This document shows, in pieces, positions 1 to 11,743 of a stretch of DNA of 64,000 bases. The stretch is from Balamuthia mandrillaris (Eukaryota), in assembly GCA_031835245.2 (NCBI GenBank), contig JAVKOQ020000085.1, forward strand, positions 1 to 64,000, given 5' to 3'. The notes beneath the pieces are model-generated. The model was not told where the DNA came from and did not search any database. It was given only the letters and a program-made list of their open reading frames with translations. How positions within the stretch are numbered: the first letter of the stretch is position 1; the number at the start of each line of letters is the position of its first letter. The position numbers and the translations under genes were made by a program.

Positions 1-529
1 ATGCGGGTTTCACTTCAAACCAAAAAAAAAAATCCACTACGTTAAAAAAAAAAAAATAATAATCAGTCTTGGAAGAGAAGAGAGCTGAGAGAGAGAGAGT
101 TACGTTGGTTGAGCAACAACCAAACAAAAAAAAAAAGAGGAGGGAAAGTGGAGTTGACGGCGGAGGAGAGACACGCACCTCTCTCTCTGTTTTGCTGCTG
201 GTTCCCTTCCCGCTACTCTTTTTTTTGTTTATTATTATTTTTTTGTTCCAAATGAAGATAGCGCAAAAAAAAAAAAAAAAAACGAGTAACCCGGAATTTT
301 TTGTCCGTTACGGCCTGCTTTTTTGCTGGGACGTCGTCTCATTATTTATTATTATGAAAATTGCTGAGCTGTGCTAGATGACCCGTTCTCATAAAAGTTC
401 TAATGAATTAAACGCATACTTGGCATGCCAAAGATTCTTAGCGTTCTGAGCGTGGTTTAGATGTTTTAAATTATTGGCATTTCTCGGTGACGTCAGCTGA
501 GGCAGGAAAGAAACAAACAAAAAAAAAAG

Positions 530-2045
530 ATGATGTCGTGGAGAGGAGGGCGTGCGGTCGGTGGTTGCAGGCCGGCGTTGTGGACGTTCTTCGTGATGGG
601 GAGCAACGGAGGAGTGGTTGGCCCTGTTCAGCAGTCCTCCTGTCTCCTCGCACGGGCACCTTCTACATGTACCTCTCTCTTCTCGTTTGTTTGTATTTTT
701 TTTTTGCGTTCGCTACCTGATCATCTTTTCTGAATCTTAGCTCCAAGGATCGCTCTCCACTCCTGGCAAGTCTCCCGTTCGGTGCGGCAAATGCACGCCT
801 CCTCTTCGCTTTTGTTCTCCGCTGCCGAAGGAACGACGCACCCAGCCTCACGTGAAGCACACGATCCCTCCACCAGGAGACGAAGACGTGGCAAAGGCGT
901 TGTCCTCAGCAGGACAGAAAAGAAAGAGCTCTACTCCACGCCACGAAGCCACAGCAGCAACAAGGGAGCATCCGCAAAGCAACAAGAGAGAGAAGAAGAA
1001 GACGAAGTAGTCGCAAAAGACAAAGAAGAGCACAACCAAGAGGACAACAATGACGACGACGAAACCAAAGAATTGATCACCTTGTGGCAAGAATACGCTC
1101 GTCACAAAGAGAAATGGCCGCTCATCTTCTCTTACCTACAAGGCCTCCAAACAGAAATGGAGAGAGCAGAGAGAAGAGGGACAGTTGAGGAGGAAGAGGA
1201 CAAGAGACCCTCCCGAAGGAAGCAAAGGAAGAGGCCACTGCCACCCATCTTTCTTGTGAACCTTGTGCTGCAACAAATGGTGGGCAGGAAGAACGACCTC
1301 AGGGCAGGAGTGGAGCTGGTGAAGCAGGCCAAAGCGTGCGGCGTGCCGCTCTCCGCGGCCACCTTTAGTTTGTTGATAAGCGCCTATGGAAAGGCCGGTC
1401 AGATGGGTGCCATACAGAGGGCGTTGCAGGTTATGGAGGAAGAGGGTGTGCCGCTCAATGCTTTTGTTTACAGGTTTTTTTTTCTTTCCTCTCTCCCCTT
1501 TCTTCGTTCTCCTTCCTTTCTCCTTCTTCTTTGCAATTCTTCTTACATAGATACGTGTTAGTGCCTTGATATCAGCATACGCACATGCAAAAGATAGCGA
1601 GACCGCCGCTCGGTATTTTGTCGAGATGAAGCAACAGGGCATGAGGCCGGACGTAGTGACGTACTCTGCCCTCTTGAACGCCTTTATTGAAGGTCAACAA
1701 TTGGGCCAGGCCGAGTCTCTCCTCTACGACATGAAAACAGAAGCAGAAAAGAATGACGACGACAATAACGAAACCAACCAAACGAAGAAGAAGAAGAAGA
1801 AGCAGAAGACGTTTAGGTTTGATGCTCATGTCTACTCGTTGATGCGAAAGTTGGTGGCGCGGCTACGCTTGGAAGGAGAGGAAGAACGAGCCAACGACTT
1901 GATCGTGGACTTTGATATTCGCGAGAGAAGCAACAACACGACCTCTGTCTCAGTCGAGGAAGAAGCACAACAACACGAACAAGGAGATGAACAAGAACAG
2001 CGAGAACAAGAAACAGGAGAAAGTGAAAACGAAAAAAGAGAGTAA
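530..2045 (+). CDS. Pentatricopeptide repeat (PPR) protein, probably mitochondrial; 3 exons (530-668, 741-1473, 1562-2045)
   Basis: GT-AG introns at 669-740 and 1474-1561 join the exons in frame. Tandem PPR motifs: SAATFSLLISAYGKAGQ, NAFVYSALISAYAHAKD, DVVTYSALLNAFIEGQQ. The N-terminus is Arg/Ser-rich. Confidence 0.85.
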
Positions 2046-2080
2046 AATAATTATCTTCTATTCACAAAAAAAAAAAAACT

Positions 2081-4170
2081 TTAGCAACAATGCCCTTCGT
2101 TCTTTTCTTTTTCTTTCGCTCTGCGCTGCTCGCAAGGCGAGTCGTTGTTTGCTTTCGAACAACACTCAGGTTCTCTGAAGATATCTTCGATGTGAATGAG
2201 TTTGTGTTGGCCGTCCTCCGTGAAGCAGGTGCAGGTGCTATAGGGCGGCGCATAGAGGTGCAACGTTATGCTTGTTCCGTCATGCTCGTTTACCATGCGA
2301 TGCGCCAACGTCCCTTTTCAAAGGATTAGCAAAGCAAAGCAAAGCAACGCAAGAAGACCATAAAATAATAAAAGCAAAAAAGAAAATACCATCCAGGCTG
2401 GAAGACTCATCCACATCCAAGACCTTATTTCCAAGCCTCAATATCTTGGCTCTGTTCGGCCAGACCGAGTACTGCGTCTCCAACATTCTTCCTTGCAACA
2501 CTTTGAGCCACACGCTGGAGCCAGAGTGGTCGTGGATGGGGCTCTGCTGGCCCTTCTCCCAGCAGGCCATCACCAGGGAGAAGCGCTTGTCCTGTGCCAC
2601 CAGCACCCTCGTGTAGTGTTGCTTGTTGAAGCGGGCGTATGCTTGATACTCCCTGTTTGTATTAACGTTTCGTTCGTGTAAATTATCCATTTCAAACAAT
2701 CAAGACGAGAGAGAGAGAGAGAGAAGACCAGAAGCAAAAAGAGAAGAAAAAAACATACTGAGGATGAAACTGGAAGGAATCAACAAGCTTCCAAATCTTG
2801 GTGGCATCGGCCTCATGCGCAAACTCCGTGCGGAGGACAGACACAAACTGCTGAAAGTTAGAGAATACCATCTTTCTGAACTGCAAACAACGCGGCGAGG
2901 GCAAAAACGTTTGCTTCGTCTTATTTTCTCCTCCTTCTTCTGTTAACTTTCTCGAACGTCGTTTCGTTTCTTTGGGTTCTTCTTTCTTGTCTTTCTCTTG
3001 TGCCACAGCAACATCAATCAAAGGAATGTCCACTGCCCCTTCTTCTTCTCCTTTCTTTTGCTCTTCGTCAACTACTTCTTTTGTTGAGGTGTTGTTGTTT
3101 TTGGAGCAGTAAATAACGGGAACGACTTTGGATTGCCCGGATTGCTCGTCCTTGAAGCAACATTCGATGTAAGGGGGGAAGTAACAGTGGAGGGAGATTG
3201 CCTTCTCCGTGGCGCTCGCATTCCTCAGCTGATGATACTTGAGGGAGTCCGCCTCTTGCAGGACGCCATCCTCGGAAGTGATGCGGCGTTGAGCGGTAAT
3301 TTCTTGCTCGCCTTCATTGGTAGAGTATTCTAGGATGTCCAACTCGCCTTCCAAGACGCGATACCATACTTTACGAGGAACGGCCTTGCCTTCAGGGGCG
3401 TGGTTGTGAACAGGCCTATTTTGTAAACAAAGAAAGACATACTTTAAGTAATCGAAGGAGAAGAAGATCAAACACAGAAGAAACCTACGTTCCCTGGCCG
3501 CCATTCCAACATATCAACACTAAGGAGAAGTGTTCGTTGAAGGCAACGAGAACTCGTTGGTAGCGATGCTCCGAGAAGTGAACGTACTCTTTCCATTCTC
3601 TAATAAAAAAGAAGATTTAAAAAGAAAATCGGAAAAAAGTTGAGAAAAGAAACTACGAACGCTGGTTCGAAACAAAGGTTTCCAAGTAAGTATTCAATGA
3701 CAGAACCATGGAGCTGACTATCTGTAAGTTAGAAGATGATTCAACGTTAGATACAAGGTTACACCTTCCGTAAAATATGCTAGCCTTTTACACACCTCCA
3801 ACTTCATTGCAAAGTTTGTCAACCAAAGTAGAAAGGTTGGGAACTGGATTGCGCACGTTGGGTAGAGGATGCTAAACCATCCAGAAAAATAAGCAACAGG
3901 AGAGCCTTAATGAGAGCTTGAAAGTGAAGAAAGAACTAACCTCGACCAAAGGTCTCTGCGAGGCATATGCCTGGGTGATAGTGACAGTCCTTTTGTCGCC
4001 CGTCTCTTTATCGAAGCAAAAGCATTTGGCATAAGGCGGAGAGTATATGTGCAGCGAGATGCAAACTTCATCCGTTCGTGCGTTACCCATTTTGTGGACT
4101 CCTTGCGAATCTGTAAATACAACAACAAATGAGAATGGAATGGAGAGAAAGAGAGAGAGAGAGAGAGAAA

Positions 4171-4254
<84 letters not shown>

Positions 4255-5642
4255 AACGACAAGAAATGACAAGAAAGAAAGAAGAAAGCAATAAACAGAG
4301 AGAGAGAGAGAGAGAGAGGAGGGAGAGGTTACTGTCAATGTAAGCAACAGAATCGGTGGGCATGGGAGTTACTTTGAGGACGTCCACCTTACTACCGGAT
4401 TCATTCTCATTCACGCGATAACGGACTTCTTCCATGTCGCCTTGTAAGACCTTCATCCAACAACTGGCTGTAGCATGATCGTGGATTGGGCTGAAACCAA
4501 ATACAAACAGGAAACGTCAACAAATGGGACGAATAATGGAACAAGAGAACAGAGTACAAACCTTGCTTGACCTTTCTCCCAACAAAGCAACAAGAGAGTA
4601 AACTTTTCATCGTAGCCAACTAAGTTACGAGTGTAGTGGCCATCTTTGAAATGAGCATATTGTTTGATCTCTCTGTGATTTTCAGTAAGTACAGTAGAAA
4701 AAAGAAGAAAAAAAATAAGAGAGCAACTGACTTTGGGTTAAAACGAAGAGAGGCTAAAAGACGACTGATGTGATTGATTGTAGCTGTAGTGCGATCTGAA
4801 GAAGTCTCATTCTTCAACTCATGACGAAGCAAATCCACCAAAGAATCAAAAGACGTGTATACTACGTTTTGTTGATGAGCCAATTGTGCCTTCAATCGAC
4901 ATTTCCCCTGAACAACGACAAGAAAAGTAAGCAGATATGAACAAAAAAAATTGAATGCTCGTTATAATACCTCCAAACCAGCAACGGGGCGATAAACTAC
5001 TGGAATTGTGCCCTGCCGCCCACCAGAGGCGTTAAAGCAGCACTCAAAGTATGGAGGAGAGTAGAGATGCACGGAAACTGCTCTAGTTTTCCCTGAGTTG
5101 CCCATCTTGTGCTTTACCATTGATTCTGTTTTTGTTATGTCATAAATAGAGAGAGAGAGAGAGAGAGGGAGTAGCAAACAGAGATAAGCAAAAGAAAGGA
5201 TTAAAGGAGAATGAAAAGAAGAAAGAGATACCATCGAAGAAAAGAACGGGGCTCTGGTCGTTATACTGAGAAACATCCAGCACTTCAGAGTACTGTGTGT
5301 TTGGACAGTAGCACTTGTACTTCGTGAGCGTCAGTTCTCCATCCAATACTTTGACCCAGCTCCTCTCTCCCGTGGCGTGATCATGCACTGGTCTGTTTGA
5401 GAGAGAGACAGAGGGGAGAAGATTCAGCAAGATGAGCGCGAATGACAATAAAACGCTATTATAAAAGAGCTCACGTTTCTTGGTCTTGGTTCCAACAAAT
5501 AACCATCAAAGAAAAGTTATCATCGAAAGCTATCAAGTTACGGCTGTAGCAGTGCTCGTCAAAGTGCATGTAGTCCTTCCACTCACTAGTAAAACAAGCC
5601 AAATGTCAGAAATGAGCAGCGAAGAGAAGATAGCGATGATTG

Positions 5643-5676
<34 letters not shown>

Positions 5677-6104
5677 ACAACAAACAAAACGAGAGTGGCG
5701 AAAGAAAAACGACAAGCGAGAGAAAGCATAAGAGAAAGGAGAGCGAGGGCATCAAGGACAACGCACTTCAAGGAGAACTGGAAAGACTGCATGAGGTGCA
5801 ACACATGGCTGGGCGACGGTTCTCCTTTCTCAAACGCTCTGGTCATGGTCCGGACGAAGGAGATCACATTGCAAAAGGTCTCACCGCTTTCTCCTTCCTC
5901 TTTTTCTCCGTCAGTGCTTCCTACTCCTCCTTCTCCTGCCAACTCTTGCGCTCGTCGGATGGTTCGAGGACTCTCCACAAAGGAGAGAGTTCGTTCTCGC
6001 TCCTCGTCCTCGTCCTCCTCTTCTGCCTTCCGCCCTCCTCTCCTCCTGTTGTTCTCCTGCTGAACTCTTTTCTCTCCTTTACTTCCAAGCAGCAACTTTT
6101 TCAT
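2081..6104 (-). CDS. Multi-exon protein with four tandem cysteine dioxygenase (CDO-type cupin) domains
   Basis: Four copies of the motif series Y(T/S/Q)R(N/V)L...CW..GQ/DQ..P(V/I)H(D/N)H...W.(K/R)VL.G...H(K/Q/R)(M/L).N...(S/T)(L/V)H.Y.PPY, joined in frame through GT-AG introns. HxH motifs at 5377-5385, 4475-4483, 3400-3408 and 2526-2534. Confidence 0.85.
4170..4256. repeat. (AAAG)n microsatellite in a CDO-gene intron
   Basis: Tandem tetranucleotide array, flanked by (AG)n runs. Confidence 0.95.
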
Positions 6105-6720
6105 CCCTTCTCTTTTTTTTTTCTTTGTTGCTTTGCTGATCTCCCTTGGAACCTTTCTTCCAGTCCAATCCAATCCAATCTGTTGATGAGAACAAAAAAA
6201 AAAGACGTAGCGAAAAAGTGAGCTTCTGTTGTTTCGATGCAATCAAAAAAAAAAAATAATGCTTTTTTTTTTGATGCTCGGTGCAATAAAACAAAAACTT
6301 GAGAGAATTCGAAAAACAAAGGAGAAGTAGATTACCCCCACCAAGGTACAAGGCGGCAGAAGGTCGCGACTTTGACTTTAGTTCTTTTTCTTTCTTTCTT
6401 TCTTTCTTTCTTTCTCCGTTTTAACGCTAAAAAGGTGCGAAAAGCTTGGGAGGGGTCCTGAAACTGCGAAAAACACCTTAAAAGCGGATGAACGAACCAA
6501 TCGGAAACATGCCGGCTGATTTAGCATAGGTGGTTTGATTTTGGATTGGATGGGAATTTTCTACATAATTTAAAATAACCTTGAAATTTCTTCGTCTTTG
6601 AGGAACAACACAACGCCAGCAACTCGGTGTGGATTTAGTCGCAAACTTAAACTCTCTCTCTCTCCCTCTCCCTCTCTCTCTTTCATCTCTTTCAAAACAA
6701 AAAGAAAGGTATCAGCAAAC

Positions 6721-7119
6721 ATGCAAACCAGACCAACGGATGCGGATCACGTCGGCGAGGACACGCGCAAGGACATCGGCCCAGGAGCTCACGGCGTGGC
6801 CGGCAGCGAGGGCCGCGGCGATCTCCTCAAGAAGCTGATCCCACAGAGAGAGCAAGGCCCCCAAAGAACGCCAGGAATACCTGAGGAGAAACTACCAGGG
6901 TTGGACCGTCTTGGCGCTGCATCCTCCTCCTCAGCTGCAAACAAGATGGGAAACAGGAGGGATGAAGTGGCAACGCCGGAAGATGTAGCGGTGAGGGAGG
7001 GGGAGGCTTCTCGAGGAAAAAGCGATCTGCCGAGCACTCCAAAAGGGGATGTGGTGGGTGGAGGAGAGGGGAACAGAGGGGATTCCTTCATGGATGCTGG
7101 TTTCGGTGGCAGACAATAA
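6721..7119 (+). CDS. Small hydrophilic Gly-rich hypothetical protein (132 aa), intronless
   Basis: GC-rich coding-like ORF starting ...gcaaacATG, with CCAAT boxes upstream near 6497 and 6545. Confidence 0.6.
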   Translation: MQTRPTDADHVGEDTRKDIGPGAHGVAGSEGRGDLLKKLIPQREQGPQRTPGIPEEKLPGLDRLGAASSSSAANKMGNRRDEVATPEDVAVREGEASRGKSDLPSTPKGDVVGGGEGNRGDSFMDAGFGGRQ

Positions 7120-7238
7120 GAAGAAGGAAGAAGAGAAGATGTGAAGAAGAAACGAAATGATGAAAATAAATAAGTTCAGAAAAATAAGCAAGGAACCAGC
7201 GAGAAGCAGAGAAGAGAGAAAGAGCAGAAGGAGAAGAC

Positions 7239-10200
7239 TTATTCAAAGGCCGCCTTGTAGACATCAGCAAAATAGTCGGCAAAGTGAACGGTGAGGCCTG
7301 CTCTCAAAAAGTCGTCCAGCTCGTCCCAATCCTTCTTGTTTTCTTTGGGAATGACGAGCTCCGTCACTTGATTGCGCTTCGCTGCGATGACCTTTTCCTT
7401 TATGCCTCCCACGGGAAGCACTTTGCCTGTTTTTTTTGTGGCATTTGTTTAGCAACAAAAGAAGAAAGGAGAAAGCATAAAGAATACAAACGCAAAGAAT
7501 TATGCATGAAGATATAAAAGAAAGAGCACAGAACAAAGAAGAAGGAGTGACAAACGAATAAGAAAGATAAAGGAGTAAAAGAAGAAGAAACTCATCATAC
7601 CAGTGAGAGTGATTTCGCCCGTCATGGCGAGGTTTTGCTTAATGGGAACGCCCTTAGCAAGAGAGAGCAAGGAGGCTACCATTGTGATACCAGCCGAGGG
7701 TCCGTCCTTGGGAGTAGCTCCTTCCGGCAGATGCATGTGCATGTGCGCCTTCTCGAAAAAGTCGTTATGTGCATCGAGCTTCCTCATGAAGAGCTTGGCG
7801 TAGGTATAAGCAATGTTGGCGCTTTCCTTCATGACCTCTCCCATTGAACCTGTCGTAACCAATTTGCCCTGTCCAGATGCTGCGAATGCAAGTCAGAGAA
7901 GTAAAACGCGAAAGAACTAAAGAATGGCATTAGGAGAGAGCAAACCATGTTTCTTGCCCTTTTTGTTTTTCTTATGGGAAGCTTCGACAAGTGACATGTG
8001 ACGAGCGTCCAACACAGTCTCCACATAAGGCGTGGATCCTCCCATGGAAGTCCAAGCCAGGCCCATGACCACGCCTGGCGGGGTCACGTCGTAGATGCGT
8101 TGGTCCGTCCATGGTGCTTTGCCCAAATAACCTTCTAGGTCGCTCTCTTTGACCACTATCTTTTCTTTCTTTTGCTGTTGTTTTGTTGCTGTCGTTGCTT
8201 TGTGTTTGGTCGGTCTTCCTCGTCGTCTTTGTTCTTTAACAATGCCAACTGATTTTTCTCCTTCTTGGTGCGATGCTGTGTCTTCTTCCGCTTCTTCGTT
8301 CTTTGGAGATCCAGTTACTGCTGTTGCGGTATCTTTCTTCTCATTTTGAGTAACCAGCTTGAACGCTACTTTACGAAAGACCTTCTCGATGTGTTTCTGA
8401 AGGTTTCTAACTCCTGCTTCACGGCAGTACGATTGAATCAACGCATTCACCGCCTCTCTGTTCATTTCTACCTCCACTCCAACTTCTTCTTCTTCCTCTT
8501 CATCTGTCCCTTCTTTCTTAGTCTTCTTCGGAATTTTGGCAGTGGAAAGTCCACTCTCTTCAATAGCTTTCGGAATGAGATACTTCTCAGCAATTGCCAC
8601 TTTCTCTTCCTGCACATATCCGCTCAGCCGAATGACTTCCATTCGATCCAGCAACGGCTTTGGTATGGTGTGGGTCACATTCGCCGTACAGACAAACAAC
8701 ACTTTAGAAAGGTCGTAGGGCACATCCAAGTAATGATCCAAGAAAGCGTTGTTCTGCTCTGGATCCAAAACCTCCAAAAGGGCCGAGGCGGGGTCTCCTC
8801 GGTGTGTAGCCATTCCTATCTTGTCAATCTCGTCTATCAAAATAACGGGGTTGGAAGTCTTTACTCTCTTTAGGGCTTGCAGCAATTTGCCAGGCATGGC
8901 TCCCACATAGGTCCTTCTGTGGCCTTTGATCTCGGCTTCGTCGGTCATGCCACCAACGGAGAAGCGGAAGAACTCTCTTCCAAGAGCGTGTGCCACCGAT
9001 TTGCCTATGCTGGTCTTACCAACGCCTGGTGGTCCCACCAACAACAAAATCTTTCCTGAATGTTGTTGTTGCTGATTGTTGCTGTCACTATTCGTCGCTG
9101 AGCTCATCGATGAACGGAGACTGCCTACTGCGATGAACTCCAACAACCGATCCTTCACATCCTTCAAACCATGATGTTCCTCTTCCAACACTCTCTCCGC
9201 GTGGCTCATGCTAAGATTGTCCGTGGTATGCTTGCCCCAAGGTAACAACGTCAACCAATCTAAATAGGTCCGCATGACGTTGTACTCAGCACTTGCCGGT
9301 GCGACGTGTTGGAAGCGTTCCAGCTCCTCGTCGATAGCACGAAGAGCGTGAGCAGGAATGTTGGGATTAGCAGCCTTCCTCTCTTGGAACTTGGCAAGCA
9401 AGGTCTCCGTTTGTGGTTGTTCCAGGCCGAGCTCCGTGCGAATGCTCTTCAGCTCCACTTTGAGTAGCATTTGTCTCTGCCGTTCCTCTAGCTTTTGGTC
9501 GATTTCCCTCTTTATCTTGTGTGAAAGCTCCACAAGGTTCATCTCTCGTTTGGCCATACTCGCCACTTTCATCAAGCGTCGATGCACATCCAGCTCCTGA
9601 ATCAAGTCCTGCTGGTCATTCACTCCAGTTGTTCCCTCTGCGCCTCCTCCATCGGTGATAGAAAAATGAGTGATGATGCCACCCACAAAGTCAGCAAACT
9701 CTCCTGGATTCTGAGGGTCGTAGAACTCCAAGAACTGGACGAGATAAGCGAACATGTGCTCGTAGCGCCGGTTCATGGTGGTAGTAGTCAGTCGATGCAC
9801 AATGGCTTCCAACTCCGTTTGAGCAGCACGCAAAGCAGCGGCCTTGTCGCGATCACCGTTCATAGTTGGTGGAAGAGGCAGAGGCTTGTCCGGGAGGTCC
9901 TTCACCGCTACGGTCAGACGTCTGTTCTTCCGTTTCTTCTTGTCGGAGCGAACCACATCCTTTATTCCGATACGACGCATGCCAGAGAAGTAGACCAGAC
10001 CGGCGGGGCCGGCTAGGGTTTCTTGGAGAACAACTTTGGTGACGACCGCCAAGACTCCAGTGGAGTGAATGTTGTCGATAGAGTTTATGCTTGGGAGGAA
10101 CGCGTTGTGGTCGTGGTTGGTGTCACTGTTGGCAGGAGTGGGGGAAGAAGCAGAGGTTTGGGCCTCGGAGGGATTTTTGATCAGGAAGAGGCCTATGAGA

Positions 10201-11341
10201 GGATAGGGATGTTTCTTGCGGAGCTTTATAATGTCTTTGAGCAACGTTTGATCGCGCACCGCCGCTACGCCCTGGAGACCTTTTGGTGGGCGAGACGTTA
10301 GCAGTGACAAAAGAGAAGAGAAGAGAAGAGAAGAGAAGAGAAGAGAACGATGAAGAGAAGAGAAGAGAAGAGAAGAAAGAGAGAAAGAGAAGAGAAGAGA
10401 AGAGAAGAGAAGAGAAGAGAAGAGAAGAGAAGAGAAGAGAAGAGAAGAGAAGAGAAGAGAAGAGACGAGAAGAGAAGAGAAGCAACAGCATTAAGAAAAG
10501 CAAGAAGAGTGAGAACAGAAAGAGAGAAAAAAAAGAAGGTCGAACCAGGAAGAATAGAGGCCTTCATGACAGGCAAAACAAGAACATGCGGAGGGGTGGG
10601 CATCGACTGAAAGTTCCGGAAGAAAGCCGGGCTTTGGCTCTGCGCAAGGGCATTCAAATCCTCTTCTCCCATCGATAACGCGTCGTCATCATCATCGTCG
10701 TCGTCGTCATCATCGTCGTCGTCCATGTCATCATCGTCATCGTCGTGGTCGTCGTCGTCGTCGCTGCCGAGACCGCTGGCAGAGAGAAAAGCGCGCACCG
10801 GGTCGTCCTCCGCCTCCCCGTCGCCGTTGTCGGGGTCGTCATCATCAGAGTACGAAGAGGACACCGCACGACTCCAGTGAAAGTGTCGTTTGTCAGGGAG
10901 AAGCCCTCCACAAGAAGATGCAGGGGACAGTCGGCGGTTCGTCGAAAGAGCAGCGGCGGTGAGCGTCCTTCTGGCGCTGTTGCGAAGAGGAGAAGACAAA
11001 GAGGAAGAGAAGAAGCGAGGAAACGAAAAAGCTGGAGGGCCGCGTCTTGTGGACCACAAAAAATCGCGTCGAGGAAAAGGCGCAGCGGTGGCAGTGGCAG
11101 CGGAGGAGGAGGAGGAGGATGCGTGCAAACGAGAAGGGGAAGGGAGCGAAGAGGGCGAAAGGAGGGAATGCCGTGAGCTGCTGCGGAAGAAAACACGACC
11201 ACCGAGGGTGGAGGAGGCGCTGTTGTTGTTCTTTCCAAGGTGAAGGGGAGCGGAAAGGGAGAGGTTGGTGGTGGAGGAGGAAGCCGTCCTCCAACAAACC
11301 TTCCGATTGGCCTGCAGCATCCTCTCTCCCGCGACCAGCAT
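7239..11341 (-). CDS. LONP1: Lon protease, mitochondrial type (LONP1/PIM1-like)
   Basis: Walker A GPPGVGKT, Walker [21 protein letters not shown], catalytic PKDGPSAG and VGGIKEK motifs; long Arg/Ser-rich N-terminal presequence; GT-AG introns. Confidence 0.93.
10311..10481. repeat. (AGAAG)n microsatellite in a Lon intron
   Basis: Tandem pentanucleotide array. Confidence 0.95.
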
Positions 11342-11743
11342 CGATTGGGCTCTTCTTCTTTATTTTTTATTTTTTTCGACGATTATTTTCTGTTTATTTT
11401 CTTGGAAGTAGAATAATTGTTTGGCTGTTGGGATAGATATCGATCATTTGAATAGTTGTCGACGGTATGGCGCGATTTGAATAGGTTCCACGGGGTTGGC
11501 CGGAATGTCCAAGTAAACACCCTTTTTCTGCATGCGCAAGGCCCTTTATCATGCACCGCGACCAAACTGAGCTGATGAGATTTAGTTCGGTTCCTTTTTC
11601 TTGGGCATTTTGTCCAGCGTTTCACCTATTCTCTGTATGTTTGAAGTCCTGTACCAAGTAACCTGCACCAACAAGGGATAGCTTTGCTTTCTTATCGTTC
11701 AAAAAAAAATCTCTTTCCTTGTTTTGGTTGTTCTCCCAAAGCC

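Noticed and set aside
3783..3792. U5 loop-1-like GCCTTTTAC
   Set aside because: No flanking stem or Sm site; it sits at a CDO intron donor on the opposite strand.
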